Shown here piece by piece: positions 46,548-57,465 of a DNA stretch of 64,000 nt. The stretch lies in contig NW_005434569.1 in assembly GCF_000315625.1 (NCBI RefSeq), positions 62,001-126,000 of the forward strand, in the 5' to 3' direction. Within the stretch, counting starts at the first letter, position 1. Every line of letters begins with the position of its first letter. Under the pieces are notes generated by a model, which saw only the letters and a program-made list of their open reading frames with translations, searched no databases and was not told the origin of the DNA. A program made the position numbers and the translations under genes. This DNA comes from Guillardia theta CCMP2712 (taxonomy: Eukaryota; Protista; Cryptophyta).

Positions 46548-49124
46548 CTACCCAGCGTGCCTGCTCTCGGAGCTGATGCTCTTCGCGGCATCGTGAACAC
46601 ATTTGAAGACATCCCTGGATTCTCTCGGAATCTCCTCTAGACGGTACAAGAATTTATCCTTCCTGTCTTTGTGTCCTGGGAACAGGCGCGGGCTAGCCAC
46701 CCTCCATCGCTCGTACATGAGCATCATACGGGCACGATGGAAGACCCACCGCCTGTTCTTTCCTTCACAGTCTCGCTTGTAACGGGAGTTCATCATCGCA
46801 ATCAGCAGGTTCATGATGAGGATTCTGGAGAGGATTACCCAAATCACCTCGAGCGTGACCGCGAGATTCCTGTCCTGGGAGTGCAGGGCGAGCACGTGAA
46901 AGTACATGTAAGCGTCCCCCAGCGAGTTCCATACGAGAGCCCAGGCGGTGGCCAATGGGTTTCTTGTGTAGTCGAAGTCGGTTGAATACCTGAGTTGCCA
47001 GCTGCTGCTGTTTTGAAACATGAGGTAGATAGCGGCAGTGAAGCCGAACATGAAGATCAAGTAGACGATGAGACAAATGAGAACGTCTTGAAACATGATG
47101 TCCTCCATGATCATCACAAGCTTGCCCACTGGATGGTATGGTATGGCAACGTAGAGTAGGGTGAGAAAGGAAAAGAGAGCCGCCAACGAAAGGAAACTGA
47201 GCTCAACCTTGTAGTTGCCTACCTCTTGCAAGCCGAAGGACGTCAGGACCGTTGTGGCTGTGAGTATACACAACAATGAGAGCATGTTCTTCTGCAGCAG
47301 TTGGCTCAAGCACTGTAGCAGTTTCCGCTCTTTCGGCTTCGCTCCCCGAAGCAGCAATGAGTCCAAGCGCCTCGAGGACAAACCATACACCAGCAGACAA
47401 ACACTGAAGAAGACAAGAATGATACTGACAATTCTTGTTTGAGCGTCTGGAATACTTGATACATCACCAATCGGAGCACCAGACAGCGGAAAGAAGTTAG
47501 AACGGAAAGCAGAAGTCCGCAAGTGAAGCAAGTAGCAGAACAGAGCCAGGTAGATAATGTATGGAAGCAGCACGAAAAAGAAAAATATATGCCTGCATGA
47601 TTTCCATTTGTTCGTGAGCAATTCTTCAAACACGTGGTCATCACAAAACTCTGCAAGCTCGAAGTTCACGATAATTTCAAACACGCTCTTCCATTTGTCG
47701 TGTTGGTGTAAACTGGAGACCTCCTTGTCATCCGAAGAGTTCTTCACACCATAGTTGTCCAGCTGTTCACAGCTGACCTTGGTGTAGCGCTTAGCCCCGA
47801 ACCGCCATTCAGTCTTCTTCATGTGCTGATCAACGATGTATTGATAAGTTCGGACCTGACCATGACGGACAGCGAGAGTGAAAGGGGTGTAGCCTGCATC
47901 ATTCAGAGTGCACAAGAGCTTTGACACATAATGTTCTTGCTCTCCTGTTTGACGACTCTCCCGGCTCTCCGCAGAGCCACCTTGTAATCCCTCTTGTGAC
48001 TTTTGACCCTGTAGTGCTGATCCATCTTCGCTGCGAGAAGCTTGTTGTGTTGGAACTGCCGAACTCTCACCTTGTTGATCGTGATTCTGCCCTATTTCAG
48101 CCACCCCTACTTCCCTGCCTGTGTTGGTGGAGTTCAGCTTTTCTTGTTTCTCCTTTTCCTTTTCAGCTTCTTTTAGCTCATGTTCTTTTTTGAGGAGGAA
48201 GTCGATCATGTCTTCGTGACCATGAAGTACAGCTATATGCAGCGCATTGTTCCCACTGCTGTCAACTTGAGTCAAAACTCTCCACTGCACGTCATTACTT
48301 AGCCTTGCAAATATCTTGTTGCAGATTTCCACGTTTCCCTGGCTTGCTGCAAACGATAAAGGGAACTCTCCGAAGTAGGCGAATGATTGACTGTAGGAAT
48401 GTATGTTCACGATTGCATCACAACCGTAGTCCTCATGCGATCTGTCGATTCCGAGGATACCGAGCATCCATCTCTGAAATGTGGTGATCTGTGCTTTTTT
48501 TCTCATCACCAAAGGCTGAAAGAAGAGTCCAGTGGCTTTTAGCCCTAGCAGGATCTCAAGTTTATCGCCTGCTTTCTTGAGAATCCCGTCGATGCTCTTG
48601 CAGTCGTTGTTTGCTATGCAGATATGCAAGATGCTCTCCCCGGTGTAAATGCCCAGGTCCTGTGGCTGCCCTCTTGGCCCGTCATGCTCATAGCAACACT
48701 CAAGCAGTGCGGTCAACTCGTCGAAATTGAACGCTTGATCCATGATCCTCCGCTGATTTGGATGTCCATATGCCAGCAAGAACACAAGGTGCACCGGGTG
48801 TTCGCCCATCGGGCCTCGGGGAGAGCTTTGTTCGCTATGGCGGGGAGAGCTTTGTTCGCTATGGCGGGGAGAGCTTTGTTCGCTATGACGGGGAGAGCTT
48901 TGTTCGCCGTGAGCAATCAAGTGGCGAAGCTTTTCTTTGATCTGACTGTCATCCACGGCGGCAAGCAGCTTCTTCATATTCTTCCACGCCGGTGTTTCAT
49001 GCTGCTCCGCTCGTCGCTCTACTCTCTCCACGTCGAGCCGAGGGTTGAGGTAGCGGGACTCGAGTTCACTCTTGCTTGTACTTGTCCATCCCTTCACGAT
49101 TAGACTTCGCCTTTCACGTTCCAT
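46548..49124 (-). CDS. TRPV-like cation channel (ankyrin repeats plus 6 TM), intronless
   Basis: GESILHICIA, ATGLFFQP, YFGEFPLSFAASQG, GNNALHIAV, GYTPFTLAV, WRFG, LLTNKW, six hydrophobic helices, IMNLLIAMMNSRY and a TRP-box-like WVFHRARMML. The likely start is Met66 of the listed ORF. Confidence 0.92.
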   Translation of the reverse strand: MERERRSLIVKGWTSTSKSELESRYLNPRLDVERVERRAEQHETPAWKNMKKLLAAVDDSQIKEKLRHLIAHGEQSSPRHSEQSSPRHSEQSSPRHSEQSSPRGPMGEHPVHLVFLLAYGHPNQRRIMDQAFNFDELTALLECCYEHDGPRGQPQDLGIYTGESILHICIANNDCKSIDGILKKAGDKLEILLGLKATGLFFQPLVMRKKAQITTFQRWMLGILGIDRSHEDYGCDAIVNIHSYSQSFAYFGEFPLSFAASQGNVEICNKIFARLSNDVQWRVLTQVDSSGNNALHIAVLHGHEDMIDFLLKKEHELKEAEKEKEKQEKLNSTNTGREVGVAEIGQNHDQQGESSAVPTQQASRSEDGSALQGQKSQEGLQGGSAESRESRQTGEQEHYVSKLLCTLNDAGYTPFTLAVRHGQVRTYQYIVDQHMKKTEWRFGAKRYTKVSCEQLDNYGVKNSSDDKEVSSLHQHDKWKSVFEIIVNFELAEFCDDHVFEELLTNKWKSCRHIFFFFVLLPYIIYLALFCYLLHLRTSAFRSNFFPLSGAPIGDVSSIPDAQTRIVSIILVFFSVCLLVYGLSSRRLDSLLLRGAKPKERKLLQCLSQLLQKNMLSLLCILTATTVLTSFGLQEVGNYKVELSFLSLAALFSFLTLLYVAIPYHPVGKLVMIMEDIMFQDVLICLIVYLIFMFGFTAAIYLMFQNSSSWQLRYSTDFDYTRNPLATAWALVWNSLGDAYMYFHVLALHSQDRNLAVTLEVIWVILSRILIMNLLIAMMNSRYKRDCEGKNRRWVFHRARMMLMYERWRVASPRLFPGHKDRKDKFLYRLEEIPRESRDVFKCVHDAAKSISSESRHAG
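48820..48912 (-). repeat. 24-bp coding repeat (H[SG]EQSSPR x4) in the TRPV N-terminus
   Basis: Four near-identical units. Confidence 0.9.
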
Positions 49125-50374
49125 CCTCCCTCCTCTCTCTATCGCTGCCTGCTTCCACGTCCCTTGTCTCCTGCCGCTTCTCTTCCTCCCCCCCCCCAAC
49201 TGTCGGGGATGTTCGCCAGGATGTTGGCTACATCTGTGGATTGCTCGCCCCCCTATTCTCAGAAGACGAAAAATTACTGTCTTTTTATTTATATTAATGT
49301 CATTCCGAGGCAGACTCACTTACATAGGAAAAATATCCCATTGCTGCATTTTTATAATTATTTGTATTCTCGAGATGAACCTGCTGATAGGCAAATTTAC
49401 TAAAAATAAACTGCAATTAGATCCGTTCCAGTACCATTGGCAAAATATGGATTTAATTTTGTATTATATTATATCTACATTACTGGGAGAGTTGCATTTT
49501 CAGGTACTGTTTCCACCACACTGTGTACAAATATCCTTCTACACAATTATGACTTAAATATATATAGAAAGATAAAACAATACGATCAATACGAACTTGT
49601 TTTTTAAACTAAAAGTCGTGCCGCGGTCGAGGTGTCTAGTTGGTTTATGGCCTCTGCGCAGGAGAGGGGCCGGTGGCGGGAGCAGGAGGATGGAGACGGA
49701 AGGAGGAGGAGCGAGAGCAGAGGAACGTAGAGTCTCTGTTAGGAGAGGACGAAAACAGACCCTTCTCAAGGAGTTGCGGTGAATTGAAGAGGCAGGGAGG
49801 AGACAACGGGTGGCTGGCAAGGGCTGGAGCCTTCACGGGGTGGTTTGATCCTCCGTGCTGAACCTTGGAAGACGAGGGAGGGAAGAAGCTGAGCCGGACA
49901 AGCAGATATAAGAAGAGTCTGCTTTCAAACAAACACATCAAAACCGTGCAGCAAGGATTGTCCGCTTCTTCTCAGCTTGAACAAAGCACATTGCCCGGTT
50001 TCTTTGTTTCTACGATTCCACTGAAGTCTGCGACAATACGTCTTGAAAGACTTTCTCAATAAAGAAAATAGGAAATTGAGAATTTGATTTCCTTGTTGGG
50101 CCCTCCACGAATACGTTATAGGTAGAGCGACCCTGTTGAAACGTGATTGAAATGCAACAGCTTTTACTGTGTACCGAAGACATTTGATTCGGAGTCCGTA
50201 ACCTGTTGCATCTACATCATCAACCTGCGCTCAACGACTTAAAGAATTTGTGAGGGTGAGAATCGTGTGAAGCTGCGCATTGAGGGACTCCGAGCTTTGC
50301 TGGTTCCTGGACAAGCAATCAATTCGCGTTGACTGCGTCGACGAACTTGTGTTGGATTCAAGTCAGTGTTGAGA

Positions 50375-53300
50375 ATGTCGTCAGTAGTGCATTTCCAGTT
50401 TCGGAATGCTCTTCTCTCCGACTCGGTTGCTTTCGAAGGGGATCATGTGAGCCTGAGAGATTTGAAGCTCTTGATAGCGAAGAAGAAAGGACTTTTAAAG
50501 GCTTCTGATATTGATTTTGTCATCACGAATAAACAGACAGGAGAAGGTCAGTTTGATTTGGCATGTTCATAGCGGAACTGACAGCCATTCCTGATGTCAG
50601 AATACACTGGAGAAGATACTTTCGTACCCAAGAACACTTCAGTGCTTGTGAAACGAGTCAATGCAAAAGCTCAACCTCAAGCCTTGAAAGACAACTCCAA
50701 ACCCCCCACGTGATTGATTCTTGCATCGAATCTATCATTAGATCTGACTGCATTTTTCTCGTCTTGGTTTACTTGCAGTGTCGCGCCTGTCATTTCAACA
50801 ACGGCGCCTCCTCCCTTCTCGACGCAGATCGCTCAATCGGTGAGACGAATTATCTTTTTTGACAGTTTCTCGGACTTGACACTGGTGACCCTTGGCTTTC
50901 TTTAGAATGAAGAGAAGAAGGCAGCTGATGATTCCACTGAAGATGAGGAGGCGAAGTTGATAGCAATGATGGAAGAGCAAAATGCTGAATTTCAGAGGTA
51001 TATGTAATGCTTACTTGGTTAATCTTAACTTTATTCCTCAAAGAGCACAGCACCAACGGCGACAGATGCAACAACTTGGTCCGGCTCAATCGAGATTTGG
51101 TAAAAGTTTGCCGCGATCCCTGGAAATCGTGACACCTATGTTAGGCCAGCCAACTGCTGCAAAGCCTCCGCCGTATTATTTGTGCGACAGATGCAAACAA
51201 GCCGGCCACTGGAAGAAAGACTGTCCTACCATTGGTGATCCTGCGTATGATCAGAAGAAGACAGCCGTTGGAATCCCGATCTCCAGGACACGCGTCATCA
51301 CAGAAGCAGAAGCCGCAAATGCTACCGAAGGTGTCATGCGACTACCGGACGGCCGTTTGGTTCAATGCATGCCTAACGAGTACGTGACAAAACTTGAACT
51401 TTGCTCGTATTCAATTCAATACAAGCCTTTGTTGAGGATTTGATCCTGTAGACTTCATATTTGTTTGTTTGAGTATGCACGTTTGACAGATTTGAATGAC
51501 TTTGTACTTGTTAATGATGTTGCATCATGTTTTTGGAAGCATTTCGTTTGTTTTCCTTTGTTCTCTGTTGTTCAAAATCGGCAGCAATTCAGATATGCTT
51601 TGTTTTGACCGATCACAGGTTTGTGGGAGTACACTGACAGGTTCTTTCTCGGCAGAGCGGATTTTGACAAAGCAATTGCGAAAGGAAGTTCATCTATTGT
51701 TGTGCCAAAAGATGGCAGCGTTCCCAAGGATTTGCAATGTGCCATGATGCCAGGTGCCCTTATAATCGAAGCAGTTGTGCTTCCATGTTGCCAAAGTAAT
51801 GTCTCCCTGCCGCGCGTCCTGCCGCACCTCCAAGATAACAGCACTTGCCCCATTTGCTTTCAGCCCGATGTAACCCCTGAGATCTTGAAACCTAATACAA
51901 AGTTGAGGGAGTCAGTGAAGGCCTTCTTGAAATCAGCCATCGCACAAGGAATTACAATCACAGGTGGGCAACCGTCTGCTTCGAAAGTCGAAGGCGAGTC
52001 AGATGCAAAAGTTGAGCCGGCTCAGGAAAATAGCAGCTTGGGCTTGAATGAAGTGGAAAACAAGGATAGCGTAAAAGACGTTAATTTTTCAGCTTCAGAA
52101 CGCAGTCCCACCCTTGCAGATGATGGTGCGGACGAATTGTCAGCTTTGAACGAGAATGCTGAGGACAACGAACAATCAGAAGACAAGATAGATTATGATG
52201 ATGTCATCAAAGTTGAGCCAGCAGCTTCAGAGTCGACTGCAGACAATACCAACTTGGGGCTTGATGACAAGTCTAAGTCCAAGGATGCCCCTGATGACAA
52301 CGCAAGTCAAGAGGCAGGGACGAAGGAAGCAGGGAAGATCAATCCAGCTGAAGCTTCCAGCACGGTGCAAGATCCGGACTTGCCTGGCAACCTCAACCAG
52401 GAGGGTACAGGACATCCCAGCATGATGCAGGCAGGAAGAATGATGCAGCCTCCAGGTTTCATGGCCGGGATGATGCGCCAGGGCTACCCCGATGCGGGGC
52501 GGAACAGAAATAGTGGTCCTCCACCTATGATGCCGCCACCTATGGGTGGCTTCCCGGTCCCGCCTCATGGATTCATGGACATGATGAGGATGATGGGAGG
52601 CAGGCCAGGCTGGGGGATGCCACATGCAGGACCCAACGGCATGCCGATGCTTCCACAGATGATGCCGGGGATGCCAATGGGCTGGCCTATGGGTAACTTC
52701 CCTAATTGGGGCAGACCTGGCTCAAGATCACCTTCTCGGTCTCGTTCACGTTCCTTGTCGCGTTCGAGGTCCAGGTCGAGAAGTGCGGGAAGGAGAAGTC
52801 GTGAAGATAGAAATCGTAGCACCAGGGAAAGGAGCAGAAGCAAAGGGCGAAACGACCGCAGAAGCTTTTCGAAGAGGAGAGAGGATGAGGGAAAATCGCG
52901 GAGAGATGAAGAAAGCAGATCCCGCAGAGAAGATGAGGGCAAGTCTCGAAGGGTTGATGAAGGCAAATCAAGGAGAGACGAGGAACACAAGAATCGTAAA
53001 GCTAGTGCTGAAGGTCGTCAAAGTTCACAATCAACCAGAAAAATATCTGAAGACGCTGAACGGAAATCCTCGCGCGACGCAAGCAATGCTGAGGACAAAG
53101 GCGAGAGACAGCGCGATCCAGAAACATCAGAAAATCGGGGGAGGAAAGTCGCAGAGCGATCCAAAGTGCAAGATGACAATGAAGCGAAAGCAGAAGCGAA
53201 AGCAGAACCAGGGTCTGAGTATACGTTTGACAAGAATGATGAATTTGAGTCTTTGTTCTTGCCCGATGACGACGACGAAGTTGAAGATGCTGGTAACCAT

Positions 53301-54543
53301 GAGAACGACAAACCGGACTCTGCTCCAGCTGAGAGCTCGAGCGAAAAGAGAAAGGAAAGTATATCAGATCGTGAACGCGAACGTGAAAGGACAAGACGGA
53401 AAGATGACACAAGGTAGATCTTATTGCTACGAGCTCAGGTGCTCATCTGAATTTTTGAAACAGAGAATCGCGCGATTCTGGCAGTGATAGAGATCGCAGC
53501 AAACAGACAAGAGAAGAACGAGGGTATTGGAAACTGATAGATCCTCTCTCGCCTCAGTAAGACGCATTTGCAGGTCCAGGGGACGCGGAGACGACGACAG
53601 CCGGGAGCGAGTTCGTGACGATGATAAGAATCCACGGGAAGAACTCAGGCGGCGCAGTGACCGGAGAGACGAAGACAGAGTTCGAGACATCGAGAGGAGG
53701 AGAGAAGAGGAACGAAGACGAGAAGAAGATCGACGGAGGGGCGACGATCGCAGACGCGAAGATGACAGGCGGAGGAGCGATGACAGAAGGCGCGAGGAAG
53801 ATAGGAGGAGGGAGAGAACAAGAGACCTCGAACGGGATCGTGAGCGTGAGCGTGAGCGTGAGCGTGTACGAGAAAGAGAAAGAGAAAGGTGAAAGAATGA
53901 ATCCTTGGTTCTTATGTGATAGGCTCTCAGGGATCGAGAAGGTCACCGGGACAGGCGAGACAGGTGAAGTCAAGTACTGCATCATGACTTTGAATGACTG
54001 AGATAAACCAGCAGGAAGGAGAAGAGAGACCGAGAAGATGAGAAGGCTGCTGAAAGCTTGGCGCCGAAGGAAAGGAGCATTGAGAGGGATGCAAGGCATG
54101 ACATTGAGAGGAAGCGCCGGGAAAGAGAGCGGAAGCGCAGCATGGACGATGATGAGAAGCCATCGGAATCGAAGTCAGCGAGCAGCGAAAACAAGACCGA
54201 AGGGTCTGATTCACGAGGCAAAGGAAAGGTGATCTTTGACGCTTCTGGGATGCCGTATCATGGCGATCAGGACCCCCACCGTTCCAAACATGGAGAGAAG
54301 AGAGGGAGGAAGGGAGACCGGGGTGAAGAGCGCGAGAAGCCTGCTATCCTAGATCTCCGCGAGAGCCTGTCTCAACGCGATGCCGACGCAGCTCGAGGAG
54401 ACAGTCGCAAGGGCAGAGGTAGCGAAACCCCGGCAGACAGCGGCAAGGAAGAAGACTCGTCAAGCTCCAAGCGGCGGAAGAAGGACGATGGAGATGGTCA
54501 CATCCCTGTTTCTCAGCGCCTGGGTCCACTGAGGCAAAGGTGA
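50375..54543 (+). CDS. RBBP6: RBBP6/MPE1-like protein (DWNN, zinc knuckle, degenerate RING, RS/RD-rich tail), multi-exon
   Basis: MSSVVHFQFRN...LRDLKLLI...QTGE|EY...VPKNTSVLVKRV (DWNN), PPPYYLCDRCKQAGHWKKDCPT (knuckle), AVVLPCC...TCPIC...LKPNTKLRESV and SRSRSRS. Confidence 0.9.
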
Positions 54544-54727
54544 GATGGCAGGAGAGGAAGAGGTAGTCTCGCTTATTTCTGCCACAGTGGGGAACAGAAA
54601 ACTTCCCGCAAAGGAGGGCGAAAGGGTGAGCTCACAGTGACTATAACCTTGTAAAGGGAAGACGCAGGGCATACTGTTCTAGAAATGTTAAATTTTGTCA
54701 ATTTTCTATCGATGAACTGAACTTTAG

Positions 54728-55935
54728 TTATGGAGAATCGAGCATTCTCGTTAAGATTGGAAAGATTGGAGCTTGAGCGTCAAAGCCTGAATCAAGCAAG
54801 TGAGACCATAGCGGGCCATCGTCAACCTTCACCTGAATTTTTGAATCTTTCAAGTGTACCAGCTGCTGAAGTGTCAGATCCTCTATAGCAGTCCTCTGTC
54901 GCACTTCACCTGTTCTAGTTTCTTTATTTTCGTTTCTAAGATATCCACTGTCTCTCGAAGCTCCTGTTGCCATCGTTCACATCACATGATCGTGGATGTA
55001 ACCATGTTCACCTGAATCGTCTGCTCTTTCTCAATCAAAATCTCCGTGTCAACCTCCCGCTGCAGATCCGCTCGTCCACTCATTGTTGTCCCCATCCTGT
55101 GACAAGTCTCAGCATTGCCTATCAGTCGCCATCTCACCTCGACACAGGAACTTCCATGTCGCTAGATTGAGATCGCAAGTTCGCCCGAGCGCTGTCAAGG
55201 TGCTGAGGAGCACGTGAGCAAGGATTCAGAATTCTTTCTGCACATACTGGACTCCGGCGCGACGGCTGGGACCCAAAAAATGTTGATTCTAGCCCTATGT
55301 AACCAACCTTTGAGTGAGAGAAGGAGAGAGGATAGGCAGAAGGAGACCCTGATTCTGAGTCTTGCGACTTGAACTGCTGCTCTTGTTGTCAAGCCGGTTC
55401 CTATCCTCATTCACCTTGTCGTAGATTTTGAACAAAAACTGGACCAACAGGGTGAGGCAAAACCGCAATCGATCAAAAGGTTTCACACTTTCTCCACCGC
55501 CATCGGGACACAATTTGCAATGTCTGTCATTTCTGTCTGGGTCAAAACAACTCCAACTCTCTTCAGCACCCGCTCTGGCCAAAAGTCAGTGACAATACAA
55601 TCTTGATGAGCAGGTTACTGTTGAGGGTCTGCCAATTGTAAGTCTTTTGAGACAGAGCGTTTGCAGCGCTGTAGTTGTGCAGTTCAACGATCCTCGGATA
55701 GAAATGATTGAGGAGTTCAGCCATGAGAACTGCAGCTCTGTTACGAGCGCTTGTCAAACACCTTCCTTCATACCTCCATCGCTGAAATCACGACTGATGT
55801 TCCGTTTCGGTCGTGACAATGGTACGGAATCAACCCAAGCATACAAATTTTGAATCTGAAAGCCTCAGCGTCAGGCGATGAACTGTGAGTCAGTGCACTG
55901 GAACAAAATCTCACCTCGTCATCCGAAAACTCCAT
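54728..55935 (-). CDS. SPEF1: SPEF1/CLAMP-like calponin-homology flagellar protein, multi-exon
   Basis: MEFSDDE|IQNLYAWVDSVPLSRPKRNISRDFSDG..VLMAELLNHFYPRIVELHNYSAANALSQKTYNWQTLN. Confidence 0.88.
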
Positions 55936-56279
55936 GACTTCTGCCCACCACCCACGGAAGGATCGGCAAGATCTTAGATGCAAGATTAGCACAGTGAGCA
56001 TGCGACGTCTCGTCACGGTATACGACAGAACTCTTGAGATACAAACACACCTAACTCTCAATAACTCTCATCTTCATTATACCATCAAGACTGACATCCA
56101 TGCCCACATGTTAAATCTTAGCGCCACACACTCTTATCAAACAAATCAGCTATATGTAGGATCTACTTCTTTCCATGGAGCCTTCTTCTCGCTGTCGGTT
56201 CTTCTATCACACACCACATCTGATTTCGTGGCTAGTTTGCCATCCGCAAATTCAAATTCACCTTCTCTTATTCCTACAT

Positions 56280-56665
56280 CCTCCCTCTCTCCTCTCCTCT
56301 CCTCTCCTCTATCCTCTCCTCTCCTCTATCCTCTCCTCTCCTCTCCTCTATCCTCTCCTCTCCTCTCCTCTCCTCTCCTCTCCTCTCCTCTCCTCTATCC
56401 TCTCCTCTCCTCTCCTCTCCTCTATCCTCTCCTCTCCTCTCCTCTATCCTCTCCTCTCCTCTCCTCTCCTCTCCTCTATCCTCCCCTCTCCTCTCCTCTC
56501 CTCTCCTCTCCTCTCCTCTCCTCTCCTCTCCTCTCCTCTCCTCTGTCCTCTCCTCTCCTCTCTCCTCTCTCCTCTCCTCTCCTCTCCTCTCCTCTCCTCT
56601 CCTCTCCTCTCCTCTCCTCTCCTCTCCTCTGTCCTCTCCTCTCCTCTCTCCTCTCTCTCTTATCT
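56280..56665. repeat. (CTCCT)n pentanucleotide microsatellite with CTATC variants
   Basis: Nearly pure polypyrimidine tract of about 380 nt. Confidence 0.95.
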
Positions 56666-56724
56666 CCTCCTCCCTCCCCTCCCTCTTTCCCTTGTCCTTT
56701 CCCCGCCTCTCTCCTGAACATTTT

Positions 56725-56740
56725 TGGCGCCTTCAAACTG
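56725..56740 (+). other. Candidate primer-binding site
   Basis: AACA-TTTT-TGGCGCCTTCAAACTG. TGG would pair with the tRNA CCA end. The cognate tRNA was not identified. Confidence 0.5.
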
Positions 56741-57465
56741 TCGGAACTTTCATAAGAATGTCATCGTTGTAAGAACTCGGATAAGTTCTTGGAGACGGCG
56801 AGAAGTTCAGGGTATTGCGTCTCATCGATGGACGAAGCTCAGCGAGATGGAAGTGGGTTTCGACATAGGTCTGGAATTAAGGAATCGACGAGCCTGAGGG
56901 TCAGGCGGAGAAGAGGGGGTTAGGAGGACACGTGTCGACGGCGCGCTGTGCATTGTACTTGGTTGCAAGGGACTGAAGGGAAGGTGACTGCTGTGAATAA
57001 AGGAAGTGTTGGTGGTGTTGTGTGGTTCTTCTGAGAGTTCTATCATCATCAGTGAAGGTGTTGGAGACTGCACAGCTGTGTATCGTTGAGGTGAATAAGG
57101 TTGGTGTAAGGATCTCAGGTGTACTGAGAGTTAGTCTTTGGTGGATCTTGGGTTAAATAGATTCTGGCCAGTGAGGTGGAGGTTGATTCGATTACAAAGA
57201 GAAAATTTTCTCTTTGTTCTCAGTTCTCATTTTTTTTACTGTTGTTGCGCAACTGTGATTTACCGTACGGTCTGAACTGGAACAAAGAGTAAGTTCGGTT
57301 CATTGTTGCTATTTGAGTCGGTGATTCGATTGTTTGGAATCGTTGTTTGGAAGTTGGACTCGATTTTTTGCATTTTTTACGCTTGTGCTTGGAAGCTCAG
57401 TTTGGAAGGTCGGAGTCGATTCTTGTGTGGAACGTTGCTACTGATTTTTCGACATTGCTTTTACC

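Noticed and set aside
55934-56755. 273-aa LLSSP-repeat ORF
   Set aside because: Translation of the (CTCCT)n microsatellite.
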